Assembly: GCA_965248575.1 (NCBI GenBank)
Contig: CBDFJQ010000002.1
Span: 4,096,001-4,160,000, forward strand
Direction: 5' to 3'
From: Planctomycetota bacterium
GTDB lineage: Bacteria > Planctomycetota > B15-G4
DNA length: 64,000 bases
Part shown: in pieces, positions 9,678-19,200 of the stretch
Layout: each line of letters opens with the position of its first letter
How positions within the stretch are numbered: the first letter of the stretch is position 1
The notes under the pieces: model-generated
Seen by the model: the letters and a program-made list of their open reading frames with translations, nothing else
Database searches by the model: none
What the model was told of the DNA's origin: nothing
Program-made: the position numbers and the translations under genes

Positions 9678-12229
9678 CGCGGGCGAGGCGCCAGTTGCTC
9701 GCGGGCCCAGTGGGCATCGCCTTTCCGTTGCAACAGGTCGGAGAGGCTTGCCAACTCGATGAGCGCCCGGCGCGTCTTGTCGTTCTCGATGCCGATCGTG
9801 CTGAGCATTCCTTCGCAGCCCTCGCGCAGGACTTCCTGCGCGCGGCCGTCCCGCTCCACTTCGCGCAGGGCAGCCGAGTGGGTCCACTGGAACAGGAACA
9901 GCACGCCGTTCTCGCTGGGGATGTGGGCCCGCGCACGAAGCAGCAGGTCCCCGAGCAGTTCGTCGGCCTGCTCTGACTCCCCTTGCAGGTGCTTGATGAC
10001 CCCCAAGGTCTGCTGGTTGAGCAAGGTGTCGATGTCGTTCTCGCCCTTGATGCGCAAGGTGCACTCGTAGGTTTCCCGGGCCAGATCCTCCGCCGTGGGC
10101 AGGAGCGCCGGCACGGAACGCATCTCCCAAGCCAGGCGGCCCTTGGCCGAGAGGGTTCGTGGGTGTTCGGCGCCCAACCGCTGCTGCATGCGCATCACCG
10201 ACTGATGGGCGGCCACGGCCAAGGCTTCCGGCTGACCGGCGTCTTCCCCGTTGGTGGCTGAGGGCCAGGTCACCATTTCGAACTCATTCTGGTTCTCGGA
10301 GTCCGACGACATCACGAAGACCTGCCGGTTCCCATGGACTTCCCGGTCGAGTGCCCGTTCCAAGCCGCCAGGGCTCGTTCCTTCGACAGAGTGCCGTGTC
10401 ACGAAGCGCGTGAAGACCCGGTCGGAACTGCGCGTGCTCACGTGGTCTGCCCCATACAGCCGGACGGAGGCCTTGTGGTGGCGCCGAGCCAGGTCGGCAG
10501 CCGCCTCCGTCTCGCCGGCGCTGTTCAGCCAGAACGCCGGCTCCAGGCTGATCTCCAGGAGCTCCTCTATCTCACCCTCGAGATGGGAGTCGAGCGACTC
10601 CTTGACCTTGAGCAGCATGCGCACGCCTTCCTCGGTCTGGCCCTGCGCGGCCAGGACGTGCCCCAACTGGGATTGGACCAGCAGGGTGTCCGGGTGCTCC
10701 TCGCCCAGCACGGACTGGAAATCCAGGACGATGGGTGAGAGGAAGGCCTCGGCCTCCGCGTTCTCTCCCGAGTAGACGAAGGTGGCACCCAGCAGGCCGG
10801 CCGTGCGAAGCGTTTCGGGGTGGAGATCCCCGAGGTTCTCTCGGCGGAGATTCCAGGCGAACTCCAGTTCGCTACGAGCCTCATCGAAGCGGCCATAGCG
10901 CACGAGGGCCGCGCCCATGGCGCTACGGATACGCGCTTCCGCCTCGGGAGAGCTCTTGAGCCCAAACGGCAGGTCGTGGCTGGCCCGCTCCAGGATCTCG
11001 ACGATGGTGGGGGCCGGGTCATTGCCCAGCGAGGCCAGGCGCACACCCTCCGGATCCGAGGGCGCCGCAGACTGCAACAGCTCCTCGAAGTAGCCGCTGA
11101 CCGTCTCCGCTGTGGCTGCCTGGTTCTCGGCAACCAGGCGTGCGTCGACGGCCTCCTGGCGTGCAGACTCCGCGATCGCGCGATGGTGCTCCGCCTTCTG
11201 CCAGAAGGTGAAGGACACCAGGAAGCCCGCCGTGATCACGAGCAAGAAGGCGGCTGCGACGGCCATGGAGATGCGGTGCCGCTGGAAGTGCTTGCCGAGC
11301 AGATACCAGGTGGAATCGCGCTTCGCTTGGATCGGATCGCCAGCGAGGTAGCTCTCGACGTCGCGGGCCAGCTCGCCGGACGTCTGGTAGCGACGGTCGG
11401 GGTCCTTGGCCAGGCACATCAACATCATGGTTTCGACTTCGTCGTCGATGTCGCTCCGCAGGCTGCGGGGGCGAATGGGTGTTGCGCTGCCGATGCGCTC
11501 CAACACGTCACGCAAGTTGCCGGTGACGTCGTACGGGAACCGCCCCGTGAGCATCTGGAACAGGATCACCCCCAGCGCATAGACGTCGCTGCGGACGTCG
11601 ACCAGGCTGGGGGCGTCGGCCTGCTCTGGCGACGACCAGGGGATGGAGCCGACGAACTGCCCCGTCATGGTCATCATGGGGGCGTCTTCTTCTTCGACCT
11701 TGGCCAAGCCGAAGTCGAGGATGTGCGGTTGACCGTCCTCGTCGATGAGGATGTTGCCGGGCTTGATGTCTCGATGGATGACACCGCGCACATGGGCCGC
11801 CTGGATGGCGCTGCAGATATCCGCGAAGAGCGCGAGCGTGTCGGGGATCGAATGCTCTGCCCCAGCCGTGAACACGTCCAGGGGCTGGCCGTGGATGTAG
11901 TCCATCACGAAGTAGAAGCTGCCGGAGCTCGAGCCGGTGTCCAGGATGGAGACGATGTTGGGGTGCTGCAGCTGGGCCAGGACCTTCACCTCGCGGTCGA
12001 AGCGCGCCCGGTCAACTTCCCCGGCATGGGGGCCTTCGCGCATGACCTTCACCGCGACGCTCTGCCCTGTGGATTCCTGCACGGCGCGATAGACCACGCC
12101 CTGGGCTCCCCGGTGGATCTCGCTGAGGAGCCTGTAGCCCTTGATCTCAGCCATGGTGGTCGGGGTGGTGCGAGGGATGGCGTCGATCTCGCGACGCGCC
12201 ATGTCGATCAGCTTGCTTTCGTCATCCAT
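9653..12229 (-). CDS. Hanks-type Ser/Thr protein kinase with TM helix and TPR-type repeats
   Basis: HRGAQGVVY, VAVK, HRDIKPGN, DFG and SPEQ; one TM segment; repeated LGxxHPxTL units. Confidence 0.92.
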   Translation of the reverse strand: MDDESKLIDMARREIDAIPRTTPTTMAEIKGYRLLSEIHRGAQGVVYRAVQESTGQSVAVKVMREGPHAGEVDRARFDREVKVLAQLQHPNIVSILDTGSSSGSFYFVMDYIHGQPLDVFTAGAEHSIPDTLALFADICSAIQAAHVRGVIHRDIKPGNILIDEDGQPHILDFGLAKVEEEDAPMMTMTGQFVGSIPWSSPEQADAPSLVDVRSDVYALGVILFQMLTGRFPYDVTGNLRDVLERIGSATPIRPRSLRSDIDDEVETMMLMCLAKDPDRRYQTSGELARDVESYLAGDPIQAKRDSTWYLLGKHFQRHRISMAVAAAFLLVITAGFLVSFTFWQKAEHHRAIAESARQEAVDARLVAENQAATAETVSGYFEELLQSAAPSDPEGVRLASLGNDPAPTIVEILERASHDLPFGLKSSPEAEARIRSAMGAALVRYGRFDEARSELEFAWNLRRENLGDLHPETLRTAGLLGATFVYSGENAEAEAFLSPIVLDFQSVLGEEHPDTLLVQSQLGHVLAAQGQTEEGVRMLLKVKESLDSHLEGEIEELLEISLEPAFWLNSAGETEAAADLARRHHKASVRLYGADHVSTRSSDRVFTRFVTRHSVEGTSPGGLERALDREVHGNRQVFVMSSDSENQNEFEMVTWPSATNGEDAGQPEALAVAAHQSVMRMQQRLGAEHPRTLSAKGRLAWEMRSVPALLPTAEDLARETYECTLRIKGENDIDTLLNQQTLGVIKHLQGESEQADELLGDLLLRARAHIPSENGVLFLFQWTHSAALREVERDGRAQEVLREGCEGMLSTIGIENDKTRRALIELASLSDLLQRKGDAHWAREQLAPRPRQTLDADS

Positions 12230-12311
12230 GGTGCTGCTCCTACTGGGTCCGCCGGCGGCTTCGTCGGCGGGTCTTCACCGGGTTTACAGGGGGGCTGGTG
12301 TCGTGGTTCTG

Positions 12312-12962
12312 CTAGGTGTGTGAGCCCAGCATGCGGCTGCGTGGGCCGAGGTTCTCTCTCAGGCGATCGTGGGCCCGGGCGCGCAACATGTAGATGGCAC
12401 CAGGCGACTTTCCCAACTGCCTGGCGACCGCTTCGACGGATTCGCCGTTGAGGTCGACGTGTTGCACGGCGAGTCGATAGCTCTCCGGCAAGCGCTCAAG
12501 AGCTTCTTTCAACAGGCTCTCCGCCTCCCGTGCCACGGCGTCCCGGCTGGCGGTGTGGCTGATGCAGCCGATGCGGTCGAGGAACTCCACCGTGGATTCG
12601 GGGTTGCCCGGGTTGCCGTCTTGGGAGAGCGCCTGGCGCGGGTCGGGGCGCTTGCGTCGCTGCAGGGACTTGATGGCATCGCGCAGGTTGTTCTCGGCAA
12701 CGCTGCGCATCCAAGAGCGAAAGCCGGACACGGTCTGGTTCTCGAGACGGTGGACCCGTAGGAACACCTCCATGTAGGTCGTCTGCATGACATCGTCGGC
12801 GTCGAGCGATGTGCGCCACGCGTTCCCGATCTGCAGACCGCCCCGAACGCCCGGGCCCACGAATTCCAGCAGCTTGACCAAGGCCTCCCGGTCCCCCTCA
12901 ACGCAGCTCACGACGAGCTCATCCCCAAGCAGGATGTCGGCTTGCTTGTTGCTCATGCTCAT
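12312..12962 (-). CDS. ECF (sigma-70 family) sigma factor
   Basis: GDREAL, DADDVMQ and FRSWMRSVAENN (region 2); LERLPESYR..VARQLGKSPGAIYMLRARA (region 4). Start ATG 12962 or 12956; the longer track ORF is an upstream extension. Confidence 0.9.
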   Translation of the reverse strand: MSMSNKQADILLGDELVVSCVEGDREALVKLLEFVGPGVRGGLQIGNAWRTSLDADDVMQTTYMEVFLRVHRLENQTVSGFRSWMRSVAENNLRDAIKSLQRRKRPDPRQALSQDGNPGNPESTVEFLDRIGCISHTASRDAVAREAESLLKEALERLPESYRLAVQHVDLNGESVEAVARQLGKSPGAIYMLRARAHDRLRENLGPRSRMLGSHT

Positions 12963-13368
12963 GGAGGGGGAGGGGCCCAAGAAGATTTCGGGTCGAGGGA
13001 GGGGAGAAACGGGAGCCGGCTGCAAGCTGGGGGTCGCTGCGTGTCGATTGCCAGCAGCCAGCCCGACTCCATGATGCCCTCTCAAGGCGTAGCGGTCCGC
13101 CAAACTGTTGGATGGCGCAGGGGCGGCGGAGTTCAGGGTGACGCCGGGCCGTTGGGCCACTGCGCGCTGCGCGAACAAGGGACGAGGCCCGTACCCCGGT
13201 GCGGGAAAGGGCACGAGCCTCGGCCGGCGTCCCATTCGCACTTCCGGCCCTGATGCGGTGGGTGCCGCGGGCAGTGGAAGCGCGAAAGTCTGGGTTGCCA
13301 TACCCCACTGGGCGACGTTTTGCGGCCTGCCTCACGGAAGAATCCAAAATTCTCCCGGACGGCCTGCC

Positions 13369-16287
13369 ATGCCGGATATCTTTTCCCCTTCGGCCTTTAG
13401 AGGCCGAATTCGCGGGATCGCTGCTTCCTGCGGACGGGCCTCCTTCTCAGCGGGTCTCAGCGTGGTCGAGGACAACCAAGGGTCGGATCCATCCAACGAG
13501 GAGAGCCAATCTGCCCGGCCGGGTGATGCGGCTGGCCGCTCGACGCTCTCCTTCGAGGAAGGGGTCCGGATCGGCGACCTCGTGCTGGAGTGGGAGCTGG
13601 GCCGGGGCGGGCAAGCCGTGGTCTTTGCTGCTCGCCAAGAGACCTTGGACCGCCGGGTCGCCGTCAAGATCCTGTCCCGGGACTTCGTCAATAGCGAGGA
13701 GCAGGCCGGGCGCTTCCGGCGCGAAGCCGAGGCCACCGGACGACTGAGCCACCCGAACATCGTCGCGGTCTACGAGTACCGTGAGTTCGAGGGGCACCCC
13801 TTCATCGTCGAGGAGCTGGTCCCGGGCTCGAGCCTGGCCGATGTCCTCGAAGAGCGCTGGAAGCGCCTGCAGGAGATCGACCAGGTCTACTGCGAATGGG
13901 TGGCGCAGATCGTCTTGCAGCTGGCCAACGCTCTGCAGCACGCGCATGAGCACAAGATCGTGCACCGGGACATGAAGCCGGACAACGTGCTGATGACCAA
14001 GGAAGGGGTGCCCAAGATCGCCGACTTCGGCCTGGCGAAGCTGGAGGACAAGGCGGGTCTCTCCATCTCGGGCACGATCCTCGGTACGCCGTACTACATG
14101 AGCCCCGAGCAGGTGGACACGGGCGACGGTGGCGGCGTCGACGCGCGGTCCGATGTGTACAGCCTGGGCGCCACGCTCTTCCGCATGCTCACGGATCGAG
14201 TGCCGGTCAAGTCGCGGAACCTTGAGGGGATCCTGCTCGACATCCTGCACCGGACCCCGACCCCGCCACGCAACATCCAGCCTGGCATCCACCGGGACCT
14301 GGAGGCCGTCTGCCTCAAAGCCTTGGAGAAGGCGCCGAAGAACCGCTACCAGTCCGCAGCCGAGATGGCAGAGGATTTGCAGCGCTTCCTCAGCCGGGAA
14401 CCCACGCACGCTCGTCCGGTCAGCGGTGTGGTGAAAGTCGTGCGCGTGCTTTCGCGCATGGCCACGTCGACCTTGAGCGTGTTGGCCTTGCTGGTGCCTA
14501 CGCTCTGGCTGCTCGCCGACGTGTTCCTGCTCTCTCCGCTGGGAACCGAATCCACTGCCATCGTCAGCATGCGCATCGGCGTCGTGGCGCTGGCCTCCGC
14601 ACTTCTGGCGTGGCCGCTGTCCCTGCTGGCCATCCGCTGGAGTGGTGGGCGGCACTGGACCGTGGCCTTGACGACCCTCGCGGCCGTTGGGCTCGGGTCC
14701 GTGGCAGCCTGGAATGTGCTCGACGAACGCATGCATCGGCAACACCTGCAGGCTCGGGATGCCCTGAGCCTGAACGTGGCACTGGCCGACCGGCGCGATG
14801 TGGACGATGTCCTCAACTACATCGAAGCGTGGGGTGATCGTTTCGAGGACGACGACTTGTTCCTGGTAGCTCGGGCCTACCTGGAGCGAGGGCGTGGCGG
14901 TGAGGCCGAGCAGTGGGTTCGCCGCGGCCAGAAGGAGACCACGGCGCCCGTTTACACGGCGCTGCTCGAGGCGGTGGTGTATTCCACTGGCTCCGGTGCT
15001 GGTGCGGGGTCTTCTGAAGTGTTCGAGCTGGCACCGGAGAGTACCGGCTGGACGGAATGGAAGCGGATCGGCGACGTGTTCCGGCTGATGGGTCGGACGA
15101 GCGAGGCTCGCAAGGCCTACGAACATGCGGGTTCCTCGCAGGGAGCCGACCGGGACCTGGTGAACCTGAGCCTGGCGCGGGTCTTGGCTGACCTCTGTCG
15201 CTGGGAGGCAGCCGGCGAGCGTTTGCGGGACGTCTTGCACTGGCGACCGACCGACCCCGAAGCGAACTTCCTTGCGCGACGCATCGCTTTCGCCAACGAC
15301 GATTGGGAAGCCGCCGAGCACCACGTCCGGGTCTTCGAGCAGAACCCCAAGACACCGCTGCTCGTACGTCTCCAGCGCCGCTATGAACTGATCAGCAAGC
15401 GCAACCAGCACGAAGAGGCAACGGTCTTCCTCAACGCAGCACTGAAGGAATTCGGCGACCAGCCCCAGGTCCTGGAGTGGTGCGCCAATGCCGGCTTCCA
15501 GGCCGCCCATGAACGAGAGGCAGGTCTGGGGCAGCTGGCGGCTGACGGGAAGCTGGATGCCTACACGGCGCGCGTGGAGGAGTTGCGCGAAAGCCTGCTC
15601 GATGTGGAGCGGCGCTATGCGCAGCTTCGCAGTGTCCGAAGTGATTGGGCCGGCGCTGCCAATGGCCTGTCAGCCGTGCACCTGAAGTTGCGCATCTACT
15701 TCCCGGAGAAGGGCGGCGAACATCTGGATCAAGCGGTGAGCTTTGGCGAAGAGGCCATCGAGAAGGATCCGTCGTTCTTTGAATCCCATTACAACCTGGC
15801 ACTCGCGCGCTTCTACCGTGCGATCACGGAGGCTGGCGGCATGGACCAGCTTTCGTCCGAGGCGATGCAGGAGTTCGTGGACGGGATGCGCCTGGCACTC
15901 TCGTTCAACAGCCTGCAGCCACAACCCATGAACGACACGGCCGTCATCATGGGCCAGCTGGCGGCGCGCACCGAGGACTCAGGGCTGTTGGCTGAGGGGC
16001 TCGCGCTCGCCGAGCGCGCGGTGCGGATTCGCCAGCCCGACCCGGAGGCGCGCTGCAACACAAACGGCGCTGAGCGCAGTTTCGGCTCTGCTTTGGAAGA
16101 CACCCTGGCGCAGCTCTACGAGCAAGCTGAGCGCCTGCCTGATGCCTTGCACGCCGCACAGCGATCACTGCACGTCCTGCTTGCTGGAGATGCTCAGCGG
16201 GACAAGCGGCAGGCGGCCGTGGACCGTCTCCAGCGCTTGATCAAGGAGAACGATTCCCCGGCTCCGACCCTCATTCCACCAAAGTGA
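13369..16287 (+). CDS. Membrane Ser/Thr protein kinase with about three TM segments and a long TPR-rich region
   Basis: GRGGQAVVF, VAVK, HRDMKPDN, DFG and GTPYYMSPEQ; hydrophobic stretches after the kinase domain. Start could be 13369 (ATG) or 13462 (GTG). Confidence 0.9.
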   Translation: MPDIFSPSAFRGRIRGIAASCGRASFSAGLSVVEDNQGSDPSNEESQSARPGDAAGRSTLSFEEGVRIGDLVLEWELGRGGQAVVFAARQETLDRRVAVKILSRDFVNSEEQAGRFRREAEATGRLSHPNIVAVYEYREFEGHPFIVEELVPGSSLADVLEERWKRLQEIDQVYCEWVAQIVLQLANALQHAHEHKIVHRDMKPDNVLMTKEGVPKIADFGLAKLEDKAGLSISGTILGTPYYMSPEQVDTGDGGGVDARSDVYSLGATLFRMLTDRVPVKSRNLEGILLDILHRTPTPPRNIQPGIHRDLEAVCLKALEKAPKNRYQSAAEMAEDLQRFLSREPTHARPVSGVVKVVRVLSRMATSTLSVLALLVPTLWLLADVFLLSPLGTESTAIVSMRIGVVALASALLAWPLSLLAIRWSGGRHWTVALTTLAAVGLGSVAAWNVLDERMHRQHLQARDALSLNVALADRRDVDDVLNYIEAWGDRFEDDDLFLVARAYLERGRGGEAEQWVRRGQKETTAPVYTALLEAVVYSTGSGAGAGSSEVFELAPESTGWTEWKRIGDVFRLMGRTSEARKAYEHAGSSQGADRDLVNLSLARVLADLCRWEAAGERLRDVLHWRPTDPEANFLARRIAFANDDWEAAEHHVRVFEQNPKTPLLVRLQRRYELISKRNQHEEATVFLNAALKEFGDQPQVLEWCANAGFQAAHEREAGLGQLAADGKLDAYTARVEELRESLLDVERRYAQLRSVRSDWAGAANGLSAVHLKLRIYFPEKGGEHLDQAVSFGEEAIEKDPSFFESHYNLALARFYRAITEAGGMDQLSSEAMQEFVDGMRLALSFNSLQPQPMNDTAVIMGQLAARTEDSGLLAEGLALAERAVRIRQPDPEARCNTNGAERSFGSALEDTLAQLYEQAERLPDALHAAQRSLHVLLAGDAQRDKRQAAVDRLQRLIKENDSPAPTLIPPK

Positions 16288-19200
16288 ACGCCAGACCTTC
16301 GGTGATGCTGAAGCCCCAAGGCTCTGGTGCGCCTGCCGCGCCATCCAGGATGATGGCCTGCAAGGTGAACTCGATCCCCAGGAAGGCGGGGTCCGCGGGC
16401 ATCGTCACCGTGATGCTGAAGTTGCCGGCCCCGGGTGCGCCAGGCGTTCCCGATAGCGGCAGGATGAACTGGTTGATGACCATGCCGACTGCGGGGAACA
16501 GCAAGGGCGTGCGCCCGAGGCCGAATTGCACGAGGGAGGGTGCCCCCCCGACACCCTGGCTGATGACGAACTTGGGAGTGCCTCCCAGGATCGTGTAGCC
16601 CTTGCCCTCGAGCGTCGGCGTGATGCCACCGGCACCCGGCTTGCTGAGGCCATAGCTCTCGAAGGTGTGGAAGGCGTTGGGGAAGATGGACAGGCTGTCC
16701 GACAGCCCGTGGATGAGGACGAGTTCGGCGCTGCCGTCTCCATCCACATCACCGACCAGCGGTCGCAATGCCTTCCCGTCGGCATCAATGGAGGCCAGGC
16801 CGCCCACCGTCTGCAAGGAGTGGAGCCCCGTCGCGCTGCCCCGGGCGGTGCGAACGTAGGCTTGCCCCAGTCCCGTCTGGCCCAGGTCGCTGGCCGAGAT
16901 GAGGTCGAGCACTCCATCGCCTGTGATCTCCGCCAACTCCAAGGCGCCACCGGCGATGTTGCCCAAGATGGGCGCTGGTGGCGCGGGGAGGAAGGAGCCA
17001 TCGGCCTGACCGCGGGCCAGGTAGAGGCGCCCATCCGCCTCGCCCAAGGCGATGTCGAACAGCCCATTGCCGTTCAGGTCGCCGACGTCGAGTCCGCGGA
17101 TGCGAGACCAGGTGTCGCCCATGGGCCAGGCGAGCCCCGGCAGGAAGCTGCCGGCCGAGTTCTCGAACACGATCACGAAGCCCTCTTGGCTGGCTGTGTC
17201 CACCGCGCTGGTGACCAGGTCTGGAAGCGCGGAACCCAAGAAGTTGGCGAGGTGCAGACCGCCTGTCAGCTGGAAGCCCGCCGGGACGGGTACCACGACG
17301 GGTTGGGTGTCGACCATCCCGCTCGCAGGCCCAAGCCCCATGTAGACATGGATGCTGTCGGAGCCCGATGGCGCGCCCAGGAACTGCGTGACCACGATGT
17401 CGGACACGGCGTCGTCGTCGAGATCCAGCTGGGCGAAATCACCGCCCTTGGGGAGCATCAGCTGTTGTGCTTTCACCAGTTGACCGCTGACGCCTCCTGA
17501 GAAGAGCGAGAGGCTGGCCAGGACCGTGGGGTCGGCTCCCGGCCCGGTGTCCTCCCATGCGTTGTAGGCCACGAGGGGGAAGCCGAAGACGGAGCCGTTC
17601 ACGACGGTCTTCCCGCCGAAGTAGACGACCCGCGGTCCGCCGACCCAGGTGGGGCCCGGGGACACCGTGTCATCGACATTGGTCACGACGGGCGCGGCCA
17701 CGAAGCTGCCGTCGCCCTGACCGAGCAGGATGGTGAGGGAGTTGTCGGCGCGGTTCGGCACGGCAATGTCGAGCGTGCTGACCGAGTCCTGGCCGATGCC
17801 GTCGATGTCTGCGAGCACACCGTCACCGGGCTCATCGCCCGTGGCGAACTGGTTGGCCGTGATGTCGTCGAAGATCGAGGCCATGCCGTTGCCGCTGAGC
17901 AATGCGAGGAAAGTCTGGTTCTCTTCCGTCGCCGAACCCGTTCCCGCCAGCACGTCCTCGTGCCAGACCAGCACCGCGTCAGGCACCTGGTCGGTGGGCA
18001 GGCTGTAGTCCTCGATGACAGGCGTGACGCCCTTGCCTGAGTAGGCCGTGCCCAGCTCGCTGACGTTGAAACCGCCGGCACCATCCGCCTCGAGCAGGGT
18101 GAGCACCACCGGCGGGTGTTGGTTGGCGAAAGCCGTCAGCGGGTAAGCCAGGCTGCTCGTGCTCGTGTAGAGAGCGTCGAGGCGCCCGTCGCCCGTGAGG
18201 TCGGCGAGCGACCCATAGGTGGGGTGGACGCCGCCAACGTCCGGAGTCATGAAGCCGGTGAAGACGGGTGAGAGGGAGAACGAACCGTTCCCATCGCCCA
18301 GGAAGAGTTCAATGACCCCTTGGGGCTCACCGTTGGGGCCACCATCAAACTGGTGGGTGGTGATAAGCGCGTCGACGTTGCCGTCCTGGTTCAACTCGCC
18401 CAGAAGCACGCTCGCCAGGGCCTGGCCCGGGGAGAAGCTGCTCACCTCGGCCAGGCTGCCATCGCCATTGCCCAGGAGGACGGTCGCGAAGCCCGACTCC
18501 TGGCCCGACCCCACAGCCAGCGTTCCGGAGGTGGTCACCACATCGAGGAAGGCATCGTCGTTCACGAAGGCCAGGTCGAGGTCCGTGAGATCTGCCACGG
18601 GTACGAAGGTCTGGGTCGTGAAGCTGGCCATGCCATCGCCGAGCATGACCGTGACGCCATCGGCGCCGGCGACCGCCACATCGTCCTTCTGGTCTCCGTC
18701 GAAGTCGCCGACCTGGATGGCGATGGGTTGGGTGTCGGCGGCGAGTGCGGTGTTCACCGCAGGGGCGAAGGTCCCGTCCGGGAGTCCGATCAGCACCGAG
18801 ACGGAGTCACTGTCCGTGTTGGCCGTGACGACATCCGAGAGAGCGGTGAGGCCGCCCCCCAGGAATCCGCCCGAGACCGAGTCAAAGTTGCCCGCGCCCG
18901 CCTGGGCGGGGGATTCTTCCGTGGGGTAGCTGGCTCCCTCGCTGAACCCACTGCTGGCGTCCCCATCCACGCCCTGGGCCCGGACAAGGTCGCCGTCGCT
19001 CTTGGGCACGATGATGATCGGGGTGCCGATGAAGTCTGGAGGCGGAGGCAGGGAGGCGTCCGGCGGGACCACCACGAGGGTGGGGCGGCCGGGGCGACCG
19101 GTGAGGGTCGTGACGGCCCCCTCGTAGGGTTGGTTGCCGTCATCGCCCGCCGGCGTGACAAGGAACAAGACCGTGCTGGCGCCTCCCCCGGAGGAGCCCG

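Noticed and set aside
12963..13368. Overlapping N-terminal extensions of the ECF and kinase ORFs
   Set aside because: Pro/Arg/Ala-rich with no domain; best read as a divergent intergenic region open by chance in high-GC DNA.
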